Positions 9,460-18,412 of a stretch of DNA of 64,000 nucleotides are shown here, piece by piece (within the stretch, counting starts at the first letter, position 1; each line of letters opens with the position of its first letter). A model generated the notes under the pieces. It was given only the letters and a program-made list of their open reading frames with translations. It made no database searches and was not told the DNA's origin. Both the position numbers and the translations under genes were made by a program. This DNA is from a virus: positions 7,481 to 71,480 of the IMG/VR virus record IMGVR_UViG_3300030107_002115, one strand, 5' to 3'.

Positions 9460-10787
9460 AAAGGATTAGGAGTTCCACTAACTGTATCTCCTCTTTTATT
9501 TGCCATAGCTACTGCATCCTGTTCTGTTTCTGTAACCAAACAACTATTACCATGATAACCTACCTCACAAGAATTAGTCTGTCCATATCTATTCTTAGCT
9601 ACTATAAGTTCTAAGTAGCAATCACTATTACCATCATCTCCATACCTAGATACCCAAGGATAATGAGAGAATACTACAATCTCTGCGTCTTGTTCTAAGT
9701 TACCAGACTCAGCAAGGTCAGATAACCTAGGCACTCTATCATTTCTATGTTCCATATTTCTATTCATTTGTGATACTAATACTACAGACATATCCTCAGC
9801 TTTAGCCAACCATTTATAATTACGACTTACATCTCCTATCTTTAAACGCAGGTCTCTTCTATCTTGAGGTGGGTGTTCTATTAATCCTATATGGTCATCA
9901 ATAACTACGTCTGGCTTAATAGCTTTTATCTCTCTAAACGTATTCTCCATATCTCTTACATCATCAAACATAAACAACCTACCTTCGTATACTTCTTTTA
10001 TTTTATCCATAGTTTCTTGTATACTATCTTGGTCTAAGCTAATATTATTTCTAAGGTTTCTATATTGTAAGCTATCACTTTCCATAGCTAAAAACTTTTT
10101 CATCATCTCCGTATTAGGCATCTCTCTATTAAACATTATTACTTTCTTACCTTGATGTACTAAATTCCTAGCCATATTTGCAGCTACAGTAGTCTTAGCA
10201 TTTCCGGGTCTACCAGCTATAATAGTTATCTCTCCTCTAGTCATACCTGTTATTACTCTATCTAGTTTAGGCAACCCTGTTTGTATTAATGTGGTTGAAT
10301 TAAATATAGATTCTTTAGTCTCTTCAAGTAAAGCATTAACACTAAATATTTTATTAGGTTGTAATTTAATAATATTACCTATGGTAGTATGTGCATCTTC
10401 AAGTAACGCTTGAGTCTCTACGCTATTATCGTTAATATCTTGAGAGATAGCAGACATTTGTCTATCTAACATTCTTCTAAGGTAATAATTATGCAACATT
10501 TTTGCATATGCAACTGCATGAGAAGGAGAAGTTACTTTCTCTAAAAATCCAGATATTTCATATACAACATGATAGCCTGTATTATTTAAATTAACTTTAT
10601 CAGAGATAGTATTTAAATCTATTTGCTTGTTTTCTTTATGCAGTTTTCTAATTGCAATCCAAACTTTTTTATTAAACTCTGAATAGAAAAAATCATCTGA
10701 ATCAATCCAAGATAATACTTTATCTATTTGACTTGGGTCTTGTATAACGCAACCAAGTAATGCTTTTTCTAGTTCTACACTCTTCAT
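9456..10787 (-). CDS. dnaB: Replicative DNA helicase, DnaB family
   Basis: ELEKALLG N-terminus, AGRPGNAKT, REM, SQMNR, PRLSDLAESGNLEQDAE, VAKNRYG. Confidence 0.95.
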   Translation of the reverse strand: MKSVELEKALLGCVIQDPSQIDKVLSWIDSDDFFYSEFNKKVWIAIRKLHKENKQIDLNTISDKVNLNNTGYHVVYEISGFLEKVTSPSHAVAYAKMLHNYYLRRMLDRQMSAISQDINDNSVETQALLEDAHTTIGNIIKLQPNKIFSVNALLEETKESIFNSTTLIQTGLPKLDRVITGMTRGEITIIAGRPGNAKTTVAANMARNLVHQGKKVIMFNREMPNTEMMKKFLAMESDSLQYRNLRNNISLDQDSIQETMDKIKEVYEGRLFMFDDVRDMENTFREIKAIKPDVVIDDHIGLIEHPPQDRRDLRLKIGDVSRNYKWLAKAEDMSVVLVSQMNRNMEHRNDRVPRLSDLAESGNLEQDAEIVVFSHYPWVSRYGDDGNSDCYLELIVAKNRYGQTNSCEVGYHGNSCLVTETEQDAVAMANKRGDTVSGTPNPF

Positions 10788-10788
10788 T

Positions 10789-11172
10789 TTAATCCTTTAA
10801 TTTTGGTGGTATTCTGTCTAAGCGTTTTCTTTCGTATTCATTTTTAAACTTTTGTTGTTTATATTCTTTTTCTATCATGCCACATAGATATGGTATATTA
10901 TATCCTCTATCAGCGTATCCTTTATTAATAAAAACCTGTATCATTTTCATCACTATGTTTTCATCTACATTTTCTATCTTAACAAAAAAAGCACACTTAT
11001 CTGTATCTTTTAAGTTCCATTTATCACTTACTAAGTTAAATAATTTTTCAATATTACTTGTAAGTTTTGGAGAAACACTAAGCATAAGATTTTTAAGTTT
11101 TGCAGATACTTTTTTCTTAGGCATAGTGCTATTACACATAGGACATTTAGCCATTACACATTCCACAATCAC
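10789..11172 (-). CDS. Small replication-associated protein (possible helicase loader/DnaD-like)
   Basis: Directly upstream of dnaB; CPMC knuckle; YLCGMI resembles the DnaD-type YxxxIL motif. Confidence 0.35.
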   Translation of the reverse strand: MIVECVMAKCPMCNSTMPKKKVSAKLKNLMLSVSPKLTSNIEKLFNLVSDKWNLKDTDKCAFFVKIENVDENIVMKMIQVFINKGYADRGYNIPYLCGMIEKEYKQQKFKNEYERKRLDRIPPKLKD

Positions 11173-11503
11173 CTTTTTCTAAAGGAACACCTGTATAAAC
11201 TGAAGGTGGTAGATAAATACTTTTTCTAGGATTTTTTTGCCTACCAAATATACTTCTTTTAAATGGTGTAAATGCTTTTTTACATTTGCTACATCTTAGA
11301 GGTGGATTAGTACTTGCTTCATATTTTGGGCTAGATTTTACATATGTCTTGTAATGCTCTGCACCTTCTGATGTTTCTGTTACGCAATCCCAATCAATCC
11401 AATCGTTTCCTAAGTAATATTTCAATGAATCTACTTTAGCTTTGTTTTTTAAAGCGTATTCAAACTCACGCTGTCTTGTTTTAAACACATAATCTCTACT
11501 CAT
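11147..11503 (-). CDS. Zn-binding hypothetical protein (paralog of 11524..11919)
   Basis: YLGxDxIDWDCV plus CxxC...CxxC. Confidence 0.6.
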   Translation of the reverse strand: MSRDYVFKTRQREFEYALKNKAKVDSLKYYLGNDWIDWDCVTETSEGAEHYKTYVKSSPKYEASTNPPLRCSKCKKAFTPFKRSIFGRQKNPRKSIYLPPSVYTGVPLEKGDCGMCNG

Positions 11504-11523
11504 TTTTTTTCCTTTTATTTTAA

Positions 11524-11919
11524 TTAGGTATTACACATTTCACAATCTTTGTATTCTATCCTAATCTTATTAAACACATCATCTGGAAGATACTTATTTG
11601 TATTTACCGCTCCAGAGCCACTAATAAATCTAGACCAAGCCTTTGTGCATTTCTTACATCTATATGGAGGGTAAAAAGTATGAGCTTTATTTTTCTTTGT
11701 TGCGTTATCGCTTATTGTATACTTTAAATAATGTTCTCTTCTTGGGCTTATCTCACTTACACAATCCCAATCAATAAAATCATCTCCAAGGTAATTGACC
11801 AAAGAATCTAGCTTGGCTAAGTTTTGATACACATGATTAAATTCAAACTTACTATTAATCGTATCTGCTCGCTTGCCTTTTTTTATCTCTATTTTAAACA
11901 TCTCATAGTTGCTCTTCAC
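11524..11919 (-). CDS. Zn-binding hypothetical protein (paralog of 11147..11503)
   Basis: YLGDDFIDWDCV, CKKC...CEMC. Confidence 0.6.
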   Translation of the reverse strand: MKSNYEMFKIEIKKGKRADTINSKFEFNHVYQNLAKLDSLVNYLGDDFIDWDCVSEISPRREHYLKYTISDNATKKNKAHTFYPPYRCKKCTKAWSRFISGSGAVNTNKYLPDDVFNKIRIEYKDCEMCNT

Positions 11920-12245
11920 TTCTTACCTTTTTTCTTTATTCTTTTATCTTTTGATTTTAACCTACTAATAATAAATATCTCTCCTCTATCTTCCTTAAAT
12001 GCAACCCAATCACAAGTCCCAATAGATAACCATTTAGGTATAGTTTTTCTAACCTTACATTGTATTTTAATAGGCTTTATGTCTTTGCTACCACCAACAA
12101 GAATATCTACATCTTCTGCACAATCTGGTAGAGAGAGCCCATTTGAACCATAGGCTCTCCTAACATTTTTATATCCCATCTCTTCTAGCTTGGCAACAAC
12201 CTCATACTCAAATCTATTTCCTTTTGCTTTGCTTTTTGATGGCAT
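11916..12245 (-). CDS. Holliday junction resolvase, Hjc/PD-(D/E)XK type
   Basis: SKAKGNRFE...D.DI...IQCK signature. Confidence 0.8.
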   Translation of the reverse strand: MPSKSKAKGNRFEYEVVAKLEEMGYKNVRRAYGSNGLSLPDCAEDVDILVGGSKDIKPIKIQCKVRKTIPKWLSIGTCDWVAFKEDRGEIFIISRLKSKDKRIKKKGKK

Positions 12246-12538
12246 TACTTTTCCTCTTTCTTGTTTTTCTTTTTTTCTTGAATGGGCTTTCTAGAAATCT
12301 CTCTAAGCCTATCTCGACTTTCTTCCAAAATTCCATCTACTTTCTCCTTCATATATTTTTCGTACTTTTCTTTATCTCCTTTCATATCTAAATAATTATA
12401 AAAGAAATCACTAAGTACTTTTATTGTTGTTTGATTATTCATAGCTACTTGATATAAGTAGTCTATCTTTTTTTGTGTTTTGTTTTTTTTGTTTCTTTTC
12501 ATAGCGTAAAGTTTTTGGGGAACTTGGTAGCCAACCAC
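12245..12538 (-). CDS. Hypothetical protein
   Basis: ORF in leftward operon, coupled to the resolvase gene. Confidence 0.5.
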   Translation of the reverse strand: MVGYQVPQKLYAMKRNKKNKTQKKIDYLYQVAMNNQTTIKVLSDFFYNYLDMKGDKEKYEKYMKEKVDGILEESRDRLREISRKPIQEKKKNKKEEK

Positions 12539-12788
12539 ATTATTTATTTATCATTTATTTCCAAAAATGAACTAATGTTTTCCCCAAAATATAATTATTC
12601 TCCAATTAATATTTTTAATATATCATTTACTTTCTTTTCAATTCTATGTAATCTAACTATAATACTTATAAACATACAAAGCATAAAGAAAACAAATGCT
12701 TCCCACCCAAATATAAAAGTTAAATTGTCGTTAAATAAACTATCAAAGTAATGTTTCATATATACTCCTTATTTTAATTAAAGTCTTA

Positions 12789-12908
12789 AGGCACTTTAGA
12801 GGATAAAATACAAAACCTCAAGGTGTGCCTAAAACCTAACAACCATACCCAAAAGGACAAAAAGGTATAGAGTCACAAGGAAATTTTTGGGGTGTTATAG
12901 CACACCCC
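12789..12908 (-). ncRNA. Candidate structured RNA: three consecutive hairpins
   Basis: GGGGUGU/ACACCCC, CUAUACC/GGUAUGG and AGGCAC..GAGG/CCUC..GUGCCU stems in an intergenic gap; G-U pairs favour the minus strand. Confidence 0.4.
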
Positions 12909-12920
12909 TAGCTATTATTG

Positions 12921-13121
12921 TTAAGAGGTTAAACTATAGGTAGCGTAACCTTTACTGTTATCTGTTGTTATTCTCATGTTAAAAGTAGTTCTAAGAACAT
13001 GAATGATAGCTGCTAATCTCATTGTACCAAAACGAGTTAACGCTGATTTTGGTGTTAGCTTTCTACCAGATAGTAAGTATGTTCTCACTCTTTCTATTTT
13101 ACTCTTTCTTTTTCTAGCCAT
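12921..13121 (-). CDS. Small winged helix-turn-helix protein
   Basis: YLLSGRKLTPKSALTRFGTMRLAAIIHVLR...YATYSL, a typical phage wHTH pattern. Confidence 0.75.
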   Translation of the reverse strand: MARKRKSKIERVRTYLLSGRKLTPKSALTRFGTMRLAAIIHVLRTTFNMRITTDNSKGYATYSLTS

Positions 13122-13309
13122 TTTGACTCCTTTTCATATGTTTTTCTTAGTGCTCTTATTATTGCTCTGTCTTCCCAAGCGTTCCATTCATAAACGCTTT
13201 TTCCTCCAGAGTATTCTTTAGATGTTCTAATTAGCAATCTTGTGCCAACTTCCCACCCAAACTTATCTATAAATACATCATGTATCTTGTTCCATTCTTT
13301 TATTTCCAA
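13094..13309 (-). CDS. Hypothetical protein
   Basis: ORF with GGAGG RBS, overlapping neighbours in operon. Confidence 0.5.
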   Translation of the reverse strand: MEIKEWNKIHDVFIDKFGWEVGTRLLIRTSKEYSGGKSVYEWNAWEDRAIIRALRKTYEKESKWLEKERVK

Positions 13310-13535
13310 TAGGATTACCTCCGTAGTCAGTATCTAGTCTACTAGGGTATAACTCCTCTTCTTCTTTGGTCATTCCTTCTTCTACGTTTTTTTCTGCTAT
13401 TCTGTTATATTCTTTTATTAATTTATCTCTGAATATTTCAGCTTCTTTTATAAAAGAATCTAATTCCAAATGCTGATTAATTGAAGTATTAATAGCCCTA
13501 ATAATTATATCATATTCGCTATTTGTTATCTTCAT
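13278..13535 (-). CDS. Hypothetical protein
   Basis: TAATG-coupled to upstream gene. Confidence 0.55.
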   Translation of the reverse strand: MKITNSEYDIIIRAINTSINQHLELDSFIKEAEIFRDKLIKEYNRIAEKNVEEGMTKEEEELYPSRLDTDYGGNPIGNKRMEQDT

Positions 13536-14098
13536 TAAAATGGTAAATCAGCTTCTTCACGTTTTCCGTTTGCCCACTTAAAAACACCAACAGCTTGGGG
13601 GCTAATAACATCTTCCCCATCTCTATTTTTCCAAGTATCGTGACCAACTTTAATAATAGCAGGTAAGCCTTCTACATCAGCAGGGTTAATAGAAGGAAGT
13701 GCGTATACAGTTTTTCCATTTACTTCTTTTTCTTCTACTTTTAAACCTAATGATTCTACCATAGCTTTATACCCACCATTACCACCAGTATTAGGTTCTA
13801 AATTAGGGCTATCTGGAGTTTTAAATCTAAAGAAACCCTTAGACCTAACCTCTTTACCAACAAAACGAGAACCAGATATTCCATTAAACTCTTTATCTGA
13901 ATTTTCATGTGCTAGTTTAAAGATAATGTTGTATATATCAGCTAGATATTTACCACGAATTACTACATCTTCCTTAACGGTAACATCTTTGATGTGAGCG
14001 TAGTACTCTCCTTCTGGTGTTATCACATTAGGTGTATCTTCTGATGGGTCATAGAAGGACTCTCCCCCTACCATATCATCTAGTATGTTCTCAACCAT
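13535..14098 (-). CDS. Single-stranded DNA-binding protein-like (DUF669-type OB fold)
   Basis: PEGEYYAHI start, acidic ADLPF tail, next to annealing protein; homolog of 59424..59930 (KGFFRF/KGIWRF). Confidence 0.7.
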   Translation of the reverse strand: MVENILDDMVGGESFYDPSEDTPNVITPEGEYYAHIKDVTVKEDVVIRGKYLADIYNIIFKLAHENSDKEFNGISGSRFVGKEVRSKGFFRFKTPDSPNLEPNTGGNGGYKAMVESLGLKVEEKEVNGKTVYALPSINPADVEGLPAIIKVGHDTWKNRDGEDVISPQAVGVFKWANGKREEADLPF

Positions 14099-14714
14099 TA
14101 TTTGACTCCTCTTTTAGTCTGTTTATTTTACTTATTACTCTAAGTATATCTGTTCTCTCAATGTCTCCATTCTCTATAGAGTTAGATATCTTTGTTTTCC
14201 ATTCGTCACTTAACCCCTCCATTTCACTATGAATATAATCTATATCTTCTTTAGTTAATGCAGGGTCTTCGACTCTATTTCTGTAAACATCATCAGCGAT
14301 ATTCATATACATATTAAATGCTTTTTTAATACAATCTGTATTAGCAGATTTAATATCATTTCCTATGTCTACAAACTCATTAGAGCCTTTCTTTTTCTGT
14401 ATTCTATGTGCCGCTGTCATATCTCCTTCTCTCCATATTCCACCTTCATACCATTTTAGTCTTCCGTGTACTACAAACGCTTCACTACCTAATACCTCTG
14501 TATTTATAATAGTCCAAGACCAACCTGCAAAATATTTATCTGCAAGTTTTTTCATATATGAAACCTCTACATAGTCTTGACCCATCTTCTTTTTTACAAA
14601 AGCTCTAGGTGTATTTTCCATAGATACTTTATCATGTAATTCAGTAATAGATGTAAGTCGTAATGATGTTAAACTTTGTTCTATTGCTTCGTTACTTACA
14701 ACAACTTCTTTCAC
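14091..14714 (-). CDS. Rad52/Sak-family single-strand annealing protein
   Basis: DYVEV.Y...AD.YF.GWSW ... KSANTDCIKKA. Confidence 0.75.
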   Translation of the reverse strand: MKEVVVSNEAIEQSLTSLRLTSITELHDKVSMENTPRAFVKKKMGQDYVEVSYMKKLADKYFAGWSWTIINTEVLGSEAFVVHGRLKWYEGGIWREGDMTAAHRIQKKKGSNEFVDIGNDIKSANTDCIKKAFNMYMNIADDVYRNRVEDPALTKEDIDYIHSEMEGLSDEWKTKISNSIENGDIERTDILRVISKINRLKEESNNG

Positions 14715-14935
14715 GCTTCTCCTCCTTCAGTAGTCATTACACTCGACATAACATCTAAAAGTCTAGTTGCATCTTTATCAGCTCTTTTTAAAGACAATTT
14801 AAAATCATCTAGTTCTTCATCTTGATTAGCAACTACATACATTAGATGTTGCAATGCAATCTCTACTTGTTCTATTCTAAAGTCCAACTTACTTAATTCC
14901 TTTCTTATTGGACTTGCTCTTCTCTTCATTACCAT
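14711..14935 (-). CDS. Hypothetical coiled-coil protein
   Basis: AAGGAG RBS, heptad pattern. Confidence 0.5.
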   Translation of the reverse strand: MVMKRRASPIRKELSKLDFRIEQVEIALQHLMYVVANQDEELDDFKLSLKRADKDATRLLDVMSSVMTTEGGEA

Positions 14936-15317
14936 TTTCTCTCCTTATCTTTTTTTTTGGTTTATCATTAGTAACTTCTGTTAACTCACTAATAAATAAA
15001 CTGCTTTTTTTATCTCTTTCAATCATAGCAACCATTAATAAAAGATAATTTATTATATCTTTTATTCTTTCTTCAATAGGTTCTGAGTATGTTTTTCTAG
15101 TTTTAAAATAACTAAACAAACTAGATATATGTTTTGATAAATACACAGATAAAACCTCTATAGGTTCTATGCCTAAGTTGTTAGATATATTATCAAAATT
15201 CCATAGAACATTATCATTGTGGTTGCCTTCTGTATATTCTATTCTTTTATTATCTGATAATTGAAGTGTTTCAGATATAAAAGAGTCTCGCATTTTTTTA
15301 TATTGTTTTTTATTCAT
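14889..15317 (-). CDS. All-alpha nucleotide pyrophosphatase-like / nucleotide-modification-associated (DUF1599-like) protein
   Basis: K..EY...NVL.NF...KH...EPIEERIKDIINYLLL. Confidence 0.6.
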   Translation of the reverse strand: MNKKQYKKMRDSFISETLQLSDNKRIEYTEGNHNDNVLWNFDNISNNLGIEPIEVLSVYLSKHISSLFSYFKTRKTYSEPIEERIKDIINYLLLMVAMIERDKKSSLFISELTEVTNDKPKKKIRRENGNEEKSKSNKKGIK

Positions 15318-15328
15318 TTTTACTCCTC

Positions 15329-15550
15329 TTATATAAGACTCATAGCTTTTGAATATGTCTTACCTACTATACCAGATTGAATAAGACGTTGGCTATGTAG
15401 GTAATATGCTCTCTTATAAGATATTTCTCCGTCTTGATAATAATTTTCTGGTGCTATAATTGGTACAGAAATTGCATATAATTGCTTTTTAGTTAATTTA
15501 GTATAGTCAATACCAGCTTTTTTTATTTCTTTTAATGTATATTTGTCCAT
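15329..15550 (-). CDS. Hypothetical protein
   Basis: ORF in operon. Confidence 0.5.
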   Translation of the reverse strand: MDKYTLKEIKKAGIDYTKLTKKQLYAISVPIIAPENYYQDGEISYKRAYYLHSQRLIQSGIVGKTYSKAMSLI

Positions 15551-15681
15551 TCTATACCTTCCTATTTTTAACCCAATAATATGTTAATAATAATAAAAAT
15601 ACCCCCATACTAAAACATAGAAATGCAAGACTTAATACAAAAGCATTACATACCCAAGTTGCTAAATCAAATACTATCATT

Positions 15682-16557
15682 TTATTCTCCTTCGTAATAT
15701 ATACACGATTCACTAACAGAACAATAACGTTCACATTTTACACCATTCCAACGCTCTTCCTCACTACACATCTCTGGCATATCTCCAGTAGATAATGCGT
15801 GTTCTAAGGATTCTTTTTTAGATGTAAACTTATTAATCAAATGTTCATTATGTATCTTAGGTACTTCAAGCAAATAGATATTTCTATCTAAACCTCTTTC
15901 TCTTGCTATCTGTACACCACCATCTCTAACTGTAAGTTGCATAAGCATTTTATCTACAGGATAATTATTCTTTTCTAATAAAAATCTATAAAAGTTTAAT
16001 TGCCAAGCCCAATCTCCAAAGTCTACAGCATTCTTATCTATATAAAACTGCTTCATTCTTTTTGGACTTCCTTTCTTACCCCACTTACTATTTCTTTTAT
16101 ACTTTTCTGTTGGGTGGTCTACATATCTAAACTTTATACCTAGACATTGAGCAACCTTATATGAACCTGTAAGTTTATAGTCTATAATAGTTCTAGTCTT
16201 TTCATCATATAAATCTATCACACCTGTTATTCCAAGATGTTCTAATGGTAATTCTGAATGTAGCCTAGATAAAACTTCTGCAGAATTTTCTAGTTTTTCG
16301 TGATGTAATGTACCAGCTAAAGAGAAAGCACTATTTTGAGGGTTTATGTAATAGTCTGTAGTTCTCTCTAAATATGCTTGACAAGTTCCATTAATTAACT
16401 CTGTTGTAGATGGCTTTCTATTCGGGTCTCTCTCTTGAGTCATATGTATTAAAGAAGGTAATGCTATACCCATTTTCTCTACGTCTACATCTCCACTAAT
16501 TACTTTATCTACGCCAATCTTCTCTCCGTCTGGATATATAAATCCTTTTATCGGCAT
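15682..16557 (-). CDS. Cas4-like PD-(D/E)XK exonuclease
   Basis: C..GTLHH, GVIDL, IIDYK, QLNFY, C-terminal C..C..YC..C cluster. Confidence 0.85.
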   Translation of the reverse strand: MPIKGFIYPDGEKIGVDKVISGDVDVEKMGIALPSLIHMTQERDPNRKPSTTELINGTCQAYLERTTDYYINPQNSAFSLAGTLHHEKLENSAEVLSRLHSELPLEHLGITGVIDLYDEKTRTIIDYKLTGSYKVAQCLGIKFRYVDHPTEKYKRNSKWGKKGSPKRMKQFYIDKNAVDFGDWAWQLNFYRFLLEKNNYPVDKMLMQLTVRDGGVQIARERGLDRNIYLLEVPKIHNEHLINKFTSKKESLEHALSTGDMPEMCSEEERWNGVKCERYCSVSESCIYYEGE

Positions 16558-16582
16558 CTAATCTCTCCCTTTTTAGTGGTTG

Positions 16583-16611
16583 AATTTACAATTTCACCCT
16601 TGCACTCACAA
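16583..16611 (-). promoter_or_regulatory. Sigma70-type promoter for the recombination/replication operon
   Basis: TTGTGA-17-TAAATT on the minus strand. Confidence 0.55.
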
Positions 16612-16693
16612 GAACTTTTTACTTTTTTATTATGTTTTATTTGAGCAAGTATTTGACCTGCTTTTTTCCAACCATAGTCTGTAACTAATCCCT

Positions 16694-16927
16694 TTATTTT
16701 TCCCATTCTAATCCCTCTTCTTCTTTGTTTTTATCCATAGCTTCTACTACTATATCTCTATCTTCTACTATCTTTTGTAGATATATACCACTTTCTTCTA
16801 GCAAACCAAGTTCATCTTCTATAAATCCGTAAGTATCTCTACGAACTCCTCTAGAATCTGGATATACTGCTAGCTCTACAAGTATAGTTTCGTAGTCTGC
16901 ATCTATATCAAACGATTTATTATTCAT
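16694..16927 (-). CDS. Hypothetical acidic protein
   Basis: ORF coupled to amidoligase gene. Confidence 0.5.
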   Translation of the reverse strand: MNNKSFDIDADYETILVELAVYPDSRGVRRDTYGFIEDELGLLEESGIYLQKIVEDRDIVVEAMDKNKEEEGLEWEK

Positions 16928-18110
16928 TATTACTTCCTTCTATTGTGAACTTTTCAGTTCGTTTATTTACATATTCTAATAACTCAGAACCTATAACATA
17001 TTTTAATTGTCTTTGAATATTAGAATCTTTATACATAAATTTATTTAGTTTTGTTGGAGTTTTTTCTTTACTTAAATATATTCCTTTTTCTATAATAGCA
17101 TTACATATTTTAATCCAATTTAAAATTTTAGTTTTATTAAGTGTACCACTATGATGCCTAAACTCTATAGTTCCGTGATAATACCTAGCGTGTAAGTTTA
17201 GACCATAATATCTACAATCATTATATTTTTCTGTACTAGGATAATAACCATCATAGTAATAATCTACTAATGATTGTTCACAATTATCTTTTGCTATGCT
17301 TTTTAAATTATCCATACTAATAGGAAACTTTTTACACCAATTAGATTTTCTTCTAGAAGGTGGCATCATATTAAATATAGCAGGTTCTAATACTTTATAA
17401 ACAATACCTATAAATGCTATTTCTCTAGCAGATAAATCTAGAGAATTAAAATGTATATGTAAACCACAAGACCTATTGACTCTAGCTTTATAGTCAAATG
17501 CCCAATGTGTTAAGTTTGTAATGTTATTATATAGAGAATCTCCATTTGCAGGAGTAGAGACCATCTCTGTTCCACTATATCCTTCGTCTGAATGTATAGA
17601 ACCATCGTGGCAATGAGTCCAACCACTTGGATTATCTATAGTTTGTAAATCGCTAGGATATTGACACTCTGATTCTATACCTACATATCTTTTAATATCT
17701 AATTTGTTAAAAGTTGTAGAGGTTCTAGTGTTAGAAGGTAATGATAAATTATTATTAAAATTATCTACGCAATTACCTTGACATTCTGAATCGCAATTTT
17801 CACATAGAAGCTCTTCTCTATCGTCATTCCAATACATATAATCTCTATCTCCAAGATGGTCGCATCTCTCACAATGAGAATAATACTCACCAAAACAACC
17901 ATCGCAATATGGTGTATCACTAGGACTCCAATATACTTCATCTATATATATTTCATCTGTACAAGCATCACATACATAATAATCATCTTGACATACATCA
18001 CATCTATCACTATCATTTAGTTCTGCTACCTCTTCTCCACAATCATTACAACAAAGAAGCTCTACTGGAGGTGGTTCTAGGTTATTGTTTACTTGTCTTG
18101 TTTCTGGCAT
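16920..18110 (-). CDS. Putative amidoligase (COOH-NH2 ligase type 2) with N-terminal CxxC repeats
   Basis: GIESE, DGSI, EMVS.P, SCGLHIH, RYYGLN, TIEFRHHSGT. Confidence 0.88.
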   Translation of the reverse strand: MPETRQVNNNLEPPPVELLCCNDCGEEVAELNDSDRCDVCQDDYYVCDACTDEIYIDEVYWSPSDTPYCDGCFGEYYSHCERCDHLGDRDYMYWNDDREELLCENCDSECQGNCVDNFNNNLSLPSNTRTSTTFNKLDIKRYVGIESECQYPSDLQTIDNPSGWTHCHDGSIHSDEGYSGTEMVSTPANGDSLYNNITNLTHWAFDYKARVNRSCGLHIHFNSLDLSAREIAFIGIVYKVLEPAIFNMMPPSRRKSNWCKKFPISMDNLKSIAKDNCEQSLVDYYYDGYYPSTEKYNDCRYYGLNLHARYYHGTIEFRHHSGTLNKTKILNWIKICNAIIEKGIYLSKEKTPTKLNKFMYKDSNIQRQLKYVIGSELLEYVNKRTEKFTIEGSNNE

Positions 18111-18112
18111 AA

Positions 18113-18412
18113 TTATACTCCTATATTAGTAGTTATAACTCCTACAATTAATCCATTAATTACCTTTAGCCAATTAAGTTTCTTTAAAGCATTATATATA
18201 TCTACTTCTAAAGTATCACTATTTTTATCTATGTCTACTTTAATAGATGATAAATTATCTACTTGATTTATAAGAAAATCTAAGTATTCATCATAAGAAT
18301 AATTAGCTAGAAAAGGATTTTTCTTTGCTCTTTTATATAAAGTCTCAATTACATATTTCTTAGACTTTAACATTATAGAGTTAGGAAATCCTACTAGAAT
18401 TACCTTTTTCAT
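18113..18412 (-). CDS. Hypothetical protein within the amidoligase cluster
   Basis: AAGGAG RBS; lies between GATase and ligase. Confidence 0.55.
   Translation of the reverse strand: MKKVILVGFPNSIMLKSKKYVIETLYKRAKKNPFLANYSYDEYLDFLINQVDNLSSIKVDIDKNSDTLEVDIYNALKKLNWLKVINGLIVGVITTNIGV

Noticed and set aside
15682-16557. CRISPR-associated Cas4 (also 60579..61328)
   Set aside because: Context with Sak and SSB indicates an ordinary phage recombination exonuclease
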